From: Sedimenticolaceae bacterium
GTDB taxonomy: Bacteria > Pseudomonadota > Gammaproteobacteria > Chromatiales > Chromatiaceae
NCBI GenBank assembly: GCA_050287725.1
Contig: JBNKCL010000008.1
Span: 2,129 to 66,128, forward strand
Direction of reading: 5' to 3'
DNA: 64,000 nt
How positions within the stretch are numbered: position 1 is the stretch's first letter; each line of letters starts with the position of its first letter. Both the position numbers and the translations under genes were made by a program. The notes below the pieces were generated by a model, which made no database searches, was not told the origin of the DNA, and saw only the letters and a list, made by a program, of their open reading frames with translations. Shown here in pieces: positions 1 through 9,217 of this stretch.

Positions 1-1
1 C

Positions 2-1351
2 AAGGAAGTGACCGCGGTTGCATTCGTGCAGAACGTGGGTCAGAACTCCAGCGAAGAGAATCAGCTGCCGTACCACAACGGCATCGGTGATCTGGTCGCC
101 ATCAAGCAGGCCATGTATTTCAAGGCCCAGAACGGCGACTGCGACACCACCATCCTGTTCAACAACCTGCGCACCCCCGGCAACTCGGGCGAAGACTTCT
201 ACCGCGCGGGCCAGGAGAACATGATCACCTTCTCCAAGGGCCAGGTCACCGAGGTGACCAGCGGTCTGGAAGTAAAGTTCAAGGACCTGATCCTGAACGA
301 AGACACCACCATGCAGGCCGATCTAGTGGTCCTGGATGTGGGCATGGTACCCAACTCCGGTCCCGACCCGTACGCCCTGCTGGCCCTTGAGGATATCGAG
401 GACTCGGCGGAGCGTGAGGCCAAGAAGGCTGAGATCTTGGCGGTGGCGCCGCCCTCGGTCCTGAACCTGGACTACCGCCAGGGCACCGACCTGCCGCACC
501 TGAAGTACGGGTTCACCGATTCCCACTTCATTTGCTTTCCCTACGAGACCCGCCGCACCGGCATCTACGCCGCCGGTCCTCTGCGCCGTCCCATGGACAT
601 GCGTCAGGCCCGCGACGATGCCGCCGGCGCCGCCATGAAGGCGATCCAGGCTGCCGAAAACGCCGGTCAGGGCCGTGCCGCCCACCCGCGCGTCGGCGAC
701 CTCTCCTATCCGAAGTTCCGCAAGGAAGGCTGCACCCAGTGCAAACGCTGCACCGTGGAGTGTCCGTTCGGCGCCATCAACGAGGATGAGCAGACCTATC
801 CGGTATTCAACGAAGCGCGTTGCCGCCGCTGCGGCACCTGCATGGGCGCCTGCCCGGTACGGGTGATCTCCTTCGAGAACTACTCGGTGGAGACGGTCAA
901 CCAGCAGATCAAGAACTGCGACATGCCGGAGGAGTTCGACGAAAAGCCGCGCATCCTGGTTCTGGCCTGTGAGAACGACGCCTACCCGGCGCTGGACCAG
1001 GCCGCCATGAACGGCGTGGAGATCAATCCCTGGGCGCGGGTCATCCCGGTCCGCTGTCTCGGTTCCGTGAGCCTCTCCTGGATCACCGACGCCCTCAACA
1101 GCGGCTATGACGGCATCGTGCTGATGGGCTGCCAGAAGGGCGACGACTACCAGTGTCACTTCGTCCGCGGCTCCGCCATGGCCATCGAGCGCATGAGCAA
1201 GGTTGGGGACACCCTTGAGACCCTGAACCTGGAGCCGGAGCGGGTTGCGGTCCATGAGGTGGCGATCACCGATGTTGAGCGCGCACCGCAGCTGATCAAC
1301 GACATGGCCGCGACCGTCGAGAAGGTCGGCATGAGCCCGTTCAAGTTCTAA
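2..1351 (+). CDS. qmoB: QmoB-like HdrA-family protein, C-terminal part. The 5' end lies outside the window. Contains 2x[4Fe-4S] ferredoxin motifs plus an MvhD-like domain
   Basis: The frame of ORF 8..1351 is open to the window edge. Motifs CTQCKRCTVECP and CRRCGTCMGACP are followed by LVLACENDAYP...VRCLGSVS...LMGCQKGDDYQCHF, typical of the MvhD domain. hdrC/hdrB-like genes follow, and aprBA is in the same window. Confidence 0.8.
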   Translation, partial: KEVTAVAFVQNVGQNSSEENQLPYHNGIGDLVAIKQAMYFKAQNGDCDTTILFNNLRTPGNSGEDFYRAGQENMITFSKGQVTEVTSGLEVKFKDLILNEDTTMQADLVVLDVGMVPNSGPDPYALLALEDIEDSAEREAKKAEILAVAPPSVLNLDYRQGTDLPHLKYGFTDSHFICFPYETRRTGIYAAGPLRRPMDMRQARDDAAGAAMKAIQAAENAGQGRAAHPRVGDLSYPKFRKEGCTQCKRCTVECPFGAINEDEQTYPVFNEARCRRCGTCMGACPVRVISFENYSVETVNQQIKNCDMPEEFDEKPRILVLACENDAYPALDQAAMNGVEINPWARVIPVRCLGSVSLSWITDALNSGYDGIVLMGCQKGDDYQCHFVRGSAMAIERMSKVGDTLETLNLEPERVAVHEVAITDVERAPQLINDMAATVEKVGMSPFKF

Positions 1352-1361
1352 GGAGGCACCG

Positions 1362-1970
1362 ATGAGCGCAATTCAGAAATACCGCACCAGCTTCCTGAAA
1401 GAGGTTGAAGCGAATGTCGAGGAAGGCGAATGGGTGAAGATGTGCATGCAGTGCGGCGTCTGCGCCGGCTCCTGCCCGTTCGGACCCCATTGGGAACATC
1501 CGCCGCAGGAGATCTTCATGATGATCCGCGCCGGCAAACGCGAGGAGGTCCTCTCCTCCGATTCCATGTGGATGTGCACCTCATGCTACAACTGCATCGC
1601 CCGCTGCCCGCGCGGCCTGCCCATTACCCACATCATGCACGGCCTGGCCCACTACGCCAAGCGCCTGAAGCTGGTGCCCGAGAATCAGCCCACGCAGAAA
1701 TTCGCGCAACTGTTCTGGAACAACCTGACCAAGAAAGGGCGCGTCAACGAGCTGAAACTGGGTATGGCCCTCTATTTCATGAACGGCTTTGCCGAGGGCA
1801 TCAAGGTCGCCATGGCCAACCAGAAGCTGGGTCTGAACATGCTCAAGACCAAGCGTATGAGCGTCGGTGAGGCGTTCGGCGGCCACAGCTGCGACGACGT
1901 CCCCGGCCTGCACAAGATCATGCAGAAGGCACAGGAACTGGAAGACGCCCGTATCCAGGGCGAAAGCTGA
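1362..1970 (+). CDS. hdrC: HdrC-like 4Fe-4S subunit (soluble; no cytochrome-b/HdrE-like membrane part seen)
   Basis: 202 aa. Motifs CMQCGVCAGSCP and CTSCYNCIARCPRGL. Starts 10 nt after the qmoB-like stop, with a GGAGG Shine-Dalgarno sequence. Confidence 0.75.
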   Translation: MSAIQKYRTSFLKEVEANVEEGEWVKMCMQCGVCAGSCPFGPHWEHPPQEIFMMIRAGKREEVLSSDSMWMCTSCYNCIARCPRGLPITHIMHGLAHYAKRLKLVPENQPTQKFAQLFWNNLTKKGRVNELKLGMALYFMNGFAEGIKVAMANQKLGLNMLKTKRMSVGEAFGGHSCDDVPGLHKIMQKAQELEDARIQGES

Positions 1971-1986
1971 GCGAGGAAACATCATC

Positions 1987-2883
1987 ATGGCTAAAGAGTT
2001 ATCGTTTTACCCCGGATGTTCTTCGCAGAAGGGCGCATCCGCCTCCAACTACATGGTGTCGGTAAACGCCATGTGCGAGGAACTGGATATCAAACTCAAC
2101 GAGATCCCGGACTGGAACTGCTGTGCCGCCTCTATCGGCTACGCCGGTGGCGGGGAACTGCCGCGCCTGACCCTGTCGGCACGCAATATCGCCCTCTCCG
2201 AGCAGCACAACCCCGGACAGGAAATCGTCGCCACCTGCGCCGCCTGCTGGCTCGCCACCCGCGAAGCTAAGGAGCGCCTGGAGGAGGACGAGGCACTGTT
2301 CGCCGAGGCCAACCAGGCCCTGGCCGAGGCCGGTCTCAAGATGCACAACAACGTCCCGGCCAAACATATGGTCGAGGTGCTGGTGGAGGAGATCGGTTAC
2401 GACGCCATCAAGGCCAAGGTCAAGAAGCCGCTGACAGGGCTCAAGATCGCCGGATACGTGGGCTGCCAGACCAACCGCCCGTTCGGTATCGCAGGCGAAT
2501 CCTTCGAGAATCCGGTCTACCTGGACAACATGGTGGAAGCCCTTGGGGGCGAGCCCATCCGCAACTTCGACAAGAAGGTCCAGTGCTGCGGCGGCGCTTT
2601 GGCCTTCTCCGAGCCGGAGAAATCCTTCGAGCTGGTCAAGGGGATCATCGAGTCCGCCTCCGATATGGGCGCCGACCTGATCGTCACCCCCTGCCCGGTG
2701 TGCCAGATGAACGTGGAGGTCTACCAGGACCAAATCAATAAGGCGTTCGGCACCAAGTTCGAAATGCCGGTGGTTTACTACAGCCAGCTGATGGCGGTGG
2801 CCTTCGGACGTTCCGCCGCAGACGCTGCGCTGAACGGCCAGGTCATCAAGGCCAAGAAACTGGAGGAGATTGCGAGTAAATAA
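1987..2883 (+). CDS. hdrB: HdrB-like subunit with two CCG cysteine-rich domains
   Basis: Internal ATG at 1987 (MAKELSFYPGCSS) preceded by GAGGAA. Cys patterns NCCAAS, ATCAACW, GYVGCQ, VQCCGGA and TPCPVCQ. Confidence 0.8.
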   Translation: MAKELSFYPGCSSQKGASASNYMVSVNAMCEELDIKLNEIPDWNCCAASIGYAGGGELPRLTLSARNIALSEQHNPGQEIVATCAACWLATREAKERLEEDEALFAEANQALAEAGLKMHNNVPAKHMVEVLVEEIGYDAIKAKVKKPLTGLKIAGYVGCQTNRPFGIAGESFENPVYLDNMVEALGGEPIRNFDKKVQCCGGALAFSEPEKSFELVKGIIESASDMGADLIVTPCPVCQMNVEVYQDQINKAFGTKFEMPVVYYSQLMAVAFGRSAADAALNGQVIKAKKLEEIASK

Positions 2884-2915
2884 CAACCACAATCACTTCC
2901 TAAGAAAAATAACTT

Positions 2916-2942
2916 AAGCCCTCCTCGGAGGGCTTTTCTTTT
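2916..2942 (+). terminator. Rho-independent terminator after hdrB-like
   Basis: Stem AAGCCCTC / GAGGGCTT with loop CTCG, followed by TTTTCTTTT. Confidence 0.6.
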
Positions 2943-2973
2943 GGCCCGGATTTCTTCACCCGCCTACCGTTTT

Positions 2974-4197
2974 TTATCCGGCTCCCACCGCCAGCGCTTG
3001 GCACTCGTCGAGGTGATCGGCCACAAGGGCAACCACATCACCATCAAGGAGCTGTTTGTTGGCCCGCTCCGAAAGATCTCGCAGGATCTCAGTGCGCGAT
3101 AAGGGTTCGCGATACGGCCGCCGTTGCGACAATGCCTGAAAGATATCGGCCACGGCGATGATGCGCGCTTCAGCCGGCAGTTCATTGTCGTGGCGGTGGA
3201 AGGGATAGCCGGCGCCGTCCAGGGTCTCATGGTGAAAAGCAGCCCACTTCGCTACCTCCTCCAGGCCGGGAATGCGGTTCAGGATCTGATAGGTCTCAAA
3301 GCTGTGGCGGGTGATAAGGATGCGTTCGGCATCATCCAGACTACCCGGCTTATCCAACACCTCGTCCGGCACCTGCAATTTGCCCAGGTCATGCAGTAAA
3401 CCCGCAATCTCAATCAGATCACACGTCTGACCCGGCATGCCGCTCCACTCCGCCAAACGCCGCGCTAGCCGCGCCACCCCTTCCGAGTGTTCCCAGGTGT
3501 AGCGGCTCTTGGCGTCCACCACCCGGGCAAACAGAGCGGCGAACTGGCGCAGGTCTTCTATACCGATGGAGACGGTGTGGCTGGAGCGCACTGAACGCCA
3601 CAGGAAATGCTCGATATGGCGCGGCTCCAGGGAGTACCAGAAGGCCTCGCTGGCAGAGGTATCGAGAAACACCTCCGTCAGCTCCGGATCGAAAAAACTT
3701 CCGGACAGGTCGCTCAACTGCTTGCGGATCCCGTCGCGCACCAGCATCAAATCGCCGCCGTAATGGGGCGCGGCCAGGGCATCCGCGCGATCCACCAGAA
3801 AAATGAGGTTCGACATGCGTGCCGTGTAGGGCTCCACACCCTCGGCCAGCATCTGATTCCAGTGGGTATGGTGATAGTGGATCACCGGCGCCAGTTGCGC
3901 CAGAGGAGTGAACTCTGCAATGAGTCGCTCACCGAGCAGGCAATGCTCCTGAGAGTTCTCCCAGTCGAGCTCTTCCACCAGGTAGCGGTGCTCGGTGGTG
4001 GTGGATACCCCACAATCATGCAGCAGACCGGCATGCAAAGCGGCATCCAGCTGATACTGTTCCCAGCCAAGCCGGCGCCCGCATTCCCAGGCCATGAAGC
4101 CAACCCGTTTACCGTGCTGAACCTCATCCACCCCTACCAGATCAAGGGCGTCGGAAAGCGCGTATACCGCCAGACGCAGATCGATCTCAATGGTCAT
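2974..4197 (-). CDS. HD-GYP family phosphohydrolase with tandem HD-type domains (putative c-di-GMP phosphodiesterase)
   Basis: 407 aa. N-terminal HD-like region (LLHDCG...HYHHTHWN). C-terminal LLHDLGK...HHETLDGAGYP signature. No receiver or sensor domain recognised. Confidence 0.8.
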   Translation of the reverse strand: MTIEIDLRLAVYALSDALDLVGVDEVQHGKRVGFMAWECGRRLGWEQYQLDAALHAGLLHDCGVSTTTEHRYLVEELDWENSQEHCLLGERLIAEFTPLAQLAPVIHYHHTHWNQMLAEGVEPYTARMSNLIFLVDRADALAAPHYGGDLMLVRDGIRKQLSDLSGSFFDPELTEVFLDTSASEAFWYSLEPRHIEHFLWRSVRSSHTVSIGIEDLRQFAALFARVVDAKSRYTWEHSEGVARLARRLAEWSGMPGQTCDLIEIAGLLHDLGKLQVPDEVLDKPGSLDDAERILITRHSFETYQILNRIPGLEEVAKWAAFHHETLDGAGYPFHRHDNELPAEARIIAVADIFQALSQRRPYREPLSRTEILRDLSERANKQLLDGDVVALVADHLDECQALAVGAG

Positions 4198-4457
4198 GCC
4201 GGCTCCTCAAAGCGAATTCTTTATATATACCGAGCCAAAGGCCGTGAACTATGTTTATTAGCTCATGAGGTTAAGGCCGGGGATTAAACAAGAATAGCGC
4301 ATTTGCCGGAACAGTATACCCGCGACCCTAAACCAACCAGAGCAAACGAATACCGTTCCATTTGGAGCGGCGACCTCAAGGGGCGATATCTACCAATATA
4401 TAAACTATCGCCCCCTGATCCGGTCATTCCTCGATCCGTCCATCCCTTGACCGCGGC

Positions 4458-4931
4458 CTATAGAGACTGCTGCAGCGTCTCAACGATACTCAATACCTGA
4501 TCAACACCTTTGTTATTGGGGCGATCATCAGCCTCCGGAAGCAGGGCGAGGCGACACAGTTCATGGATATGATCAAAATAGCCGCGGATATCCTCGGCCT
4601 GGAACAATCCCTTCTCAACACCGTCGATGAGTACACTCGAACCTTCGAAAACAACGGCGGCCAGTTTGTCGATGGTCAGATCTTCCGGTTTAAACAGTTG
4701 ATCCAGCTCATCATCCTTTATGATCTGATAGGTAAACAGCAGCAATTGCTGGCCGATGCTCGGCTCCAGGGTGGCAACGGTATCATGCAGATAGGTGGCC
4801 ACCCGCAACATACGTTCCTGTAAGTCTTCCGTAACAAACTGGGAGGAAAGCAACACCACCGCGGCCGTCAGCTTACCGTGGGGCATACCTTTAAGCTGCT
4901 CAAGCAGTACGCTCTCTTTCGTATCAGTCAT
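4458..4931 (-). CDS. hypothetical acidic protein (island gene 1)
   Basis: 157-aa ORF with ATG start in a lower-GC region. No family recognised. Confidence 0.5.
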   Translation of the reverse strand: MTDTKESVLLEQLKGMPHGKLTAAVVLLSSQFVTEDLQERMLRVATYLHDTVATLEPSIGQQLLLFTYQIIKDDELDQLFKPEDLTIDKLAAVVFEGSSVLIDGVEKGLFQAEDIRGYFDHIHELCRLALLPEADDRPNNKGVDQVLSIVETLQQSL

Positions 4932-5043
4932 TAGATATCCCGTGAGATGAAATATGCAGACCGGAAGGCAGAAAAAACAGGGTCAGAGAACTGGATTCCC
5001 TACTAAATGGAAACAATCGCTCTCCGACCCTATTCTTTTAGCG

Positions 5044-5613
5044 CTATCGGACTATTACCAGACTTTCCTGATCAAGCTGCAACTGGGAGATCTTCATCAG
5101 GCCTGATTTGATGTTCTCCCTTACCGCGCCCTCCACCGCAAGGCGAAGCCGCGTTACTCCCGCAAACGCCTGTCCCGTCGTCGCCGTGTAGGATGACGTA
5201 ACGGCCTCCCTCATCACCGCCTCCTTCGTTTCCTTATTGATCAGGGACCAGGCCGCCTCCATGCGCACGGTGAAGCTGAAACCGAACATGGGCTTGGTCA
5301 TGCTGATTATGGTTACGCTCAGAAGGTAATCCGAATCGTTGCCATGAATCACCTGCGTAAAAAGGCCGCTTTCCACAATCGATTCCTCGATTGCCGCCGC
5401 CAGGTCGGGATTGGATATATTGGGAACATCCACGGAGCCTGTCTCACCCCCACCCTGAGCCATGATGGAGACGGTTTTCTGGTGATGATTGACTATCTGG
5501 ATATCATGGGCGACCACCGCCTCCTTGGATGCCGGAGACGCACAGCCGGAAAGCATGGCGACTGCACCGACGAGCACCGCTATGAATACAAACGCCCGAC
5601 TATTCCTGCGCAT
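5044..5613 (-). CDS. predicted lipoprotein (island gene 2)
   Basis: Internal ATG at 5613 gives MRRNSRAFVFIAVLVGAVAMLSGC, a signal peptide with a lipobox. The longer ORF to 5652 would overlap the upstream gene by 53 nt. Confidence 0.6.
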   Translation of the reverse strand: MRRNSRAFVFIAVLVGAVAMLSGCASPASKEAVVAHDIQIVNHHQKTVSIMAQGGGETGSVDVPNISNPDLAAAIEESIVESGLFTQVIHGNDSDYLLSVTIISMTKPMFGFSFTVRMEAAWSLINKETKEAVMREAVTSSYTATTGQAFAGVTRLRLAVEGAVRENIKSGLMKISQLQLDQESLVIVR

Positions 5614-6058
5614 TTTCGGCCCCCTGTTTGAATATGTTAGTGACCACCTCATCCACCATCTCTTCCGGTGACTTCCTGGTCAGTGAAGTGTGGAAAGAGT
5701 TTCCGGATGCCAGGGGATAATCGGTCTTCGGGTCTCTCAGGGTCACCGTAAGTTCCAGCATGTACATGGTGATGTCCCACATCCATTTGTCCTCATACGT
5801 GACAACGGCGTCATAGTTCTGCCATGCCGTCGGATCATCCCCGGTTTCCGCGCTGTACCCCATTGTTCCCAGCTTGTCGGCGATCAGCTTGTTAATTCCT
5901 CTCCCGTCAGGCGCGAACTTCATTACGTAAATGTTCTTGACGCTGTTCAGATCGGTGGAAGGATCCATGGTTGCCGTTGCCCGGTTTACCGCGCAACCGG
6001 AAGTGAACGAAATGACCATGGCGATCAGGGTAAGAACTATCCGCTTGTTTCTTATCAT
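5600..6058 (-). CDS. predicted lipoprotein (island gene 3)
   Basis: MIRNKRIVLTLIAMVISFTSGC lipobox. AAGGAGAG Shine-Dalgarno sequence upstream of the ATG at 6058. Confidence 0.6.
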   Translation of the reverse strand: MIRNKRIVLTLIAMVISFTSGCAVNRATATMDPSTDLNSVKNIYVMKFAPDGRGINKLIADKLGTMGYSAETGDDPTAWQNYDAVVTYEDKWMWDITMYMLELTVTLRDPKTDYPLASGNSFHTSLTRKSPEEMVDEVVTNIFKQGAENAQE

Positions 6059-6144
6059 TTTTCTCTCCTTATATTACTAAGTGTCGGGTCTCTCTTTACT
6101 ACAATCCAGTTTCAACGCTCTTGGAATATGATCGGACGACACGG

Positions 6145-6459
6145 CTAATAACCATACTCCCGTTCCACACGACACACCCGGACCCGGAAGGCGGAATACC
6201 ACTCTTTAGCCCGGACCCGGGCGTTACGGTGAGCCATGTTCTCCTTCCAGGCTCTTATGGCATCAAGGGTGGACCAGTAGGACACCGAAATACCGATTTC
6301 CTGCCTTGCGGACTCGAACCCCAGAAAGCCGGGCTGCATCGAGGCGAGATCCAGCATCTCTTTTGCCGTATCGCCATATCCGTTATCGCCGTCAGTTCTG
6401 GTCGATGTGAAGATAACGGCGTAATAGGGAGGTTCCGGTGTCATAGCGGGACCGGTCAT
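6145..6459 (-). CDS. antibiotic-biosynthesis-monooxygenase (ABM) domain protein
   Basis: 104 aa. YYAVIFTS...FLGFESAR...SYWSTLDAIRAWKEN pattern typical of the small ABM/dimeric alpha-beta barrel family. Confidence 0.65.
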   Translation of the reverse strand: MTGPAMTPEPPYYAVIFTSTRTDGDNGYGDTAKEMLDLASMQPGFLGFESARQEIGISVSYWSTLDAIRAWKENMAHRNARVRAKEWYSAFRVRVCRVEREYGY

Positions 6460-6511
6460 TATTCTTCCTTATTCGGCGCAATATCCCAGGCGCATCCGCT
6501 TTTGCGGGATA

Positions 6512-6934
6512 TTATGCCCGTTGTTGTTTGAGTTCACCTATTTTTGCACAGGCATTTTCAAATAGCGCAAAAACATCAACATCCTCACCGCTCTCAATCC
6601 GCTTTGATATGGCAGTAAGAGGAAATGTGATAATTGAGGTCCCTTCCACTATAAGGGCCGGATCGCGACCGTATTCATCCTCAACGGCCACCCACTTCAG
6701 GCCCAGTTTCTGCGCCAGGGCATCGCCGAATGCGATTCCGAGACACTGAAGCTTTACCGTTTCGGTGGGTTCTATCCATTTGTTCTTGAGAATCGCATCA
6801 AGCAGATCCAACTTCCCCTCCAGACTCTGATATTCCTGTTCTGATTCCGGCGGGTAGTGCTCGCGCACCCATTTCCTCTGTGCCTCAACCCTGGCGTGAT
6901 CGTCCGGGGATAGCTCTTCCACCTTCTGCTCCAT
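6512..6934 (-). CDS. hypothetical protein (possibly DUF3806-like; island gene 5)
   Basis: ATG at 6934 is preceded by an AAGGAGG Shine-Dalgarno sequence 6 nt upstream. The N-terminal 28 aa of the longer ORF are Arg-rich and unlikely to be coding. The family call is from memory only. Confidence 0.5.
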   Translation of the reverse strand: MEQKVEELSPDDHARVEAQRKWVREHYPPESEQEYQSLEGKLDLLDAILKNKWIEPTETVKLQCLGIAFGDALAQKLGLKWVAVEDEYGRDPALIVEGTSIITFPLTAISKRIESGEDVDVFALFENACAKIGELKQQRA

Positions 6935-7014
6935 CTCCAACCTCCTTGATCGGAATTTGTTACCCGCTTTCCGCCGAGATGTTCTGCGCGGACTTGTGCA
7001 TTCGTCAGCGACCC

Positions 7015-7530
7015 TCATACCGAATCATGGAACGATATGACCTGATCCTTTTTGTCCGGCGGGTAGAGAAGCAGACCCTTGCTGACGAAGAAACAGGGCT
7101 TGTCCACAGGAATCAGCCCCCCACCCATATATCCGAAATGTACCTCACGGCCCTCTCGCTGTGCCTCAAGCAGGAAGAATGCCGCCTCATCCGTCTCTTC
7201 CAAAGAGGGATGGCTCGTTTCCACAAAGGGTAGCCATGAATACCACGGCACGCGCCCATATTCGACTGTTACTTCGAGTTGCCGACAACCCGGCATCAGT
7301 GGGGAATGCTCGTCTGTTTGGATAAAGCTAAACGAATAATTGCCGTCCTCGCCGGAAAAGTTACCCACCTTACCAAGGACGGAATCTCCACCCGCCACGG
7401 CAAGGCCATAGAATAAGAATGAAAATATGAAGCCAAGCGATTTTATACCGTAAAACCGCGAACATAAAATCCCAGAGCCACTATCTCCGTTCATTAAAAT
7501 ACTTGAAGGACTTCGTCCCCTATTATCCAC
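7015..7530 (-). CDS. hypothetical protein with hydrophobic N-terminal segment (island gene 6)
   Basis: 171-aa ORF with GTG start at 7530 and AGGAAGGA upstream. The segment IKSLGFIFSFLFYGLAVAGG suggests a signal peptide or membrane anchor. Confidence 0.45.
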   Translation of the reverse strand: MDNRGRSPSSILMNGDSGSGILCSRFYGIKSLGFIFSFLFYGLAVAGGDSVLGKVGNFSGEDGNYSFSFIQTDEHSPLMPGCRQLEVTVEYGRVPWYSWLPFVETSHPSLEETDEAAFFLLEAQREGREVHFGYMGGGLIPVDKPCFFVSKGLLLYPPDKKDQVISFHDSV

Positions 7531-7546
7531 CCACCCATCCTTCCTG

Positions 7547-8104
7547 CTAATTGCGGTTCAACGGCCCAAATATCTTCATTCGCATCAACTTCCCGTTTTT
7601 GAACCAGATCTGGAAATCCGAGTCTTCTCCCGGTCTCCTGGCAAACAGAAACGACTCTTTCAGATCATCCGTCTCGTGATAATCGCGCCTGCAGATTCGA
7701 AGGGCCTCGTCACGGGGCATGCCCAGATATAGCCCGTTCGCAGATCTGCCTTTGAACGGCGCCTCCACCCAGACGGCATCGATTACCGGGTCCGGTTCAT
7801 CGATATTTTTGCTCGAAATAAGTAAAAAAATACCCCGATCAGTATAGTGGAGCTTCTTGTTTCCTCCTCCTTTGACACCCGCCACTTCCCATATTTCCGT
7901 AATCTCAACACGCCGCGGATCGCCAAGCATCTTGAGCGCGGCGCTCTGACGGGATTCACCCGGCACTATGTTATATATGTGCCGGAACGGCTGAATTTCC
8001 CCCTCGCCTTCCCGGCTCTCCTGGTCCGCCTGTGCGCAGGCGCCAGAAAACATAAGGATGGCAATGCAAAATAGTCTTAAAGGAATTCTATTTTTCTTCG
8101 GCAC
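7547..8104 (-). CDS. predicted secreted protein or lipoprotein (island gene 7)
   Basis: 185 aa. GTG start with an AAGGAA Shine-Dalgarno sequence. N-terminus PKKNRIPLRLFCIAILMFSGAC. Confidence 0.55.
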   Translation of the reverse strand: MPKKNRIPLRLFCIAILMFSGACAQADQESREGEGEIQPFRHIYNIVPGESRQSAALKMLGDPRRVEITEIWEVAGVKGGGNKKLHYTDRGIFLLISSKNIDEPDPVIDAVWVEAPFKGRSANGLYLGMPRDEALRICRRDYHETDDLKESFLFARRPGEDSDFQIWFKNGKLMRMKIFGPLNRN

Positions 8105-8240
8105 CGTTATTTCCTTGTGTTCTTCTTGATCCCTGACATCTTGCGATAAACAGGATCAGATTCAATAAATACGTTGAGGCAAATATGCAAATTGGTAACT
8201 GGGGGCCATTATTCCGAAGGCGCAATGCCGTTACTGTCCG

Positions 8241-8696
8241 CTAAGTCCTTAACTGATCGAAGTACCATTCCGCCTGTTCCCATTGCAGATCCTGTTCCAT
8301 ATGCCATTCAAAGGGGCGCGGATGATAGTGATGGTCAACAATAAATTGGAGATGCTGATGCGCTATTTCAGGATCGTAAACACGCCAGACAAGCCGGCGG
8401 GTTTTGTTCCATGTCTCCCGAACGAAAAAAAGCGCATTTCCACCCGCCTTGATCTCCTCATCCAGTTTATCGCAGAACGGATCCACTATTTCCCGTTCTT
8501 CCTCAGACGGCATTCCATTGTCAATGAGATCTTCGAAATAGATTATCAGGGACAGGTGCCAGCCGAATACTTCCTTGTGTCCGAAGTCCTTGAGCGCGGA
8601 ATTAAGCATACCAACACATGGCAGCCCCTCCGCTTTCCATTCCATCAGGGTGTATTCCTCCTCGGGAAGAACTATTCGAATTTCGTTCTCTTTCAA
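8241..8696 (-). CDS. hypothetical protein (possibly DUF695-like; island gene 8)
   Basis: 151-aa ORF with a TTG start at 8696 and GGAGAGGG upstream. Acidic cytoplasmic protein. The family call is from memory only. Confidence 0.5.
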   Translation of the reverse strand: MKENEIRIVLPEEEYTLMEWKAEGLPCVGMLNSALKDFGHKEVFGWHLSLIIYFEDLIDNGMPSEEEREIVDPFCDKLDEEIKAGGNALFFVRETWNKTRRLVWRVYDPEIAHQHLQFIVDHHYHPRPFEWHMEQDLQWEQAEWYFDQLRT

Positions 8697-8794
8697 TCAG
8701 CCCTCTCCAATTGTTACTATGGATTCAGTACCGGAGCTTAGGTGCTAAAGCCGATATTCCCGCTTGGTTGAACAGTTAACAAACTACGGCCTAT

Positions 8795-9163
8795 TTAACC
8801 CGGCGGTATAGACGCGAAGTTTATTGGCCGTTCAGTTGCGCACATCATTTGAAAAGCCGCACGCCGGGCATTTTTTTGTGAGAGAAATTTACCTATTCCG
8901 CTGCCTGCAGACGGCGCCTTAAGGGCCAACCAAAACCAACGGGAACCGCATTCAGGGCATTTGATGCTCAAAGCAATTGCCAAACTGACAACCGATGACA
9001 TGACCGCTATTGCGATGCCTAAACCATACTGCCAACTACCGGCCGAGAAATAGTAAACAGAACAGACAAGCACAATAAAAGCAAAAATAGCAATCGCTTC
9101 TGCGGCGTAATGCTTCCACGCCTGATTTGTGCGATAAAGAACGGCTTCTTGCTTGTGGTTCAT
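8795..9163 (-). CDS. small membrane protein with two TM segments and a CPECG half zinc-ribbon (island gene 9)
   Basis: 122 aa. Hydrophobic stretches AIAIFAFIVLVCSVYYF and GLGIAIAVMSSVVSLAIAL, followed by KCPECGSRWFW. Confidence 0.5.
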   Translation of the reverse strand: MNHKQEAVLYRTNQAWKHYAAEAIAIFAFIVLVCSVYYFSAGSWQYGLGIAIAVMSSVVSLAIALSIKCPECGSRWFWLALKAPSAGSGIGKFLSQKNARRAAFQMMCATERPINFASIPPG

Positions 9164-9217
9164 GGCTCATAGTTCGATGGCATGGGCCCGGTCCTCTTCA
9201 ACCTCTTCGCATATTAC

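Noticed and set aside
4380-4414. Hairpin GGGGCGATA...TATCGCCCC downstream of island gene 1, considered as a tRNA fragment or att site.
   Set aside because: There is no cloverleaf-compatible sequence and no T-loop GGTTCGAATCC-like motif. It is most simply a weak transcription terminator or stem-loop.
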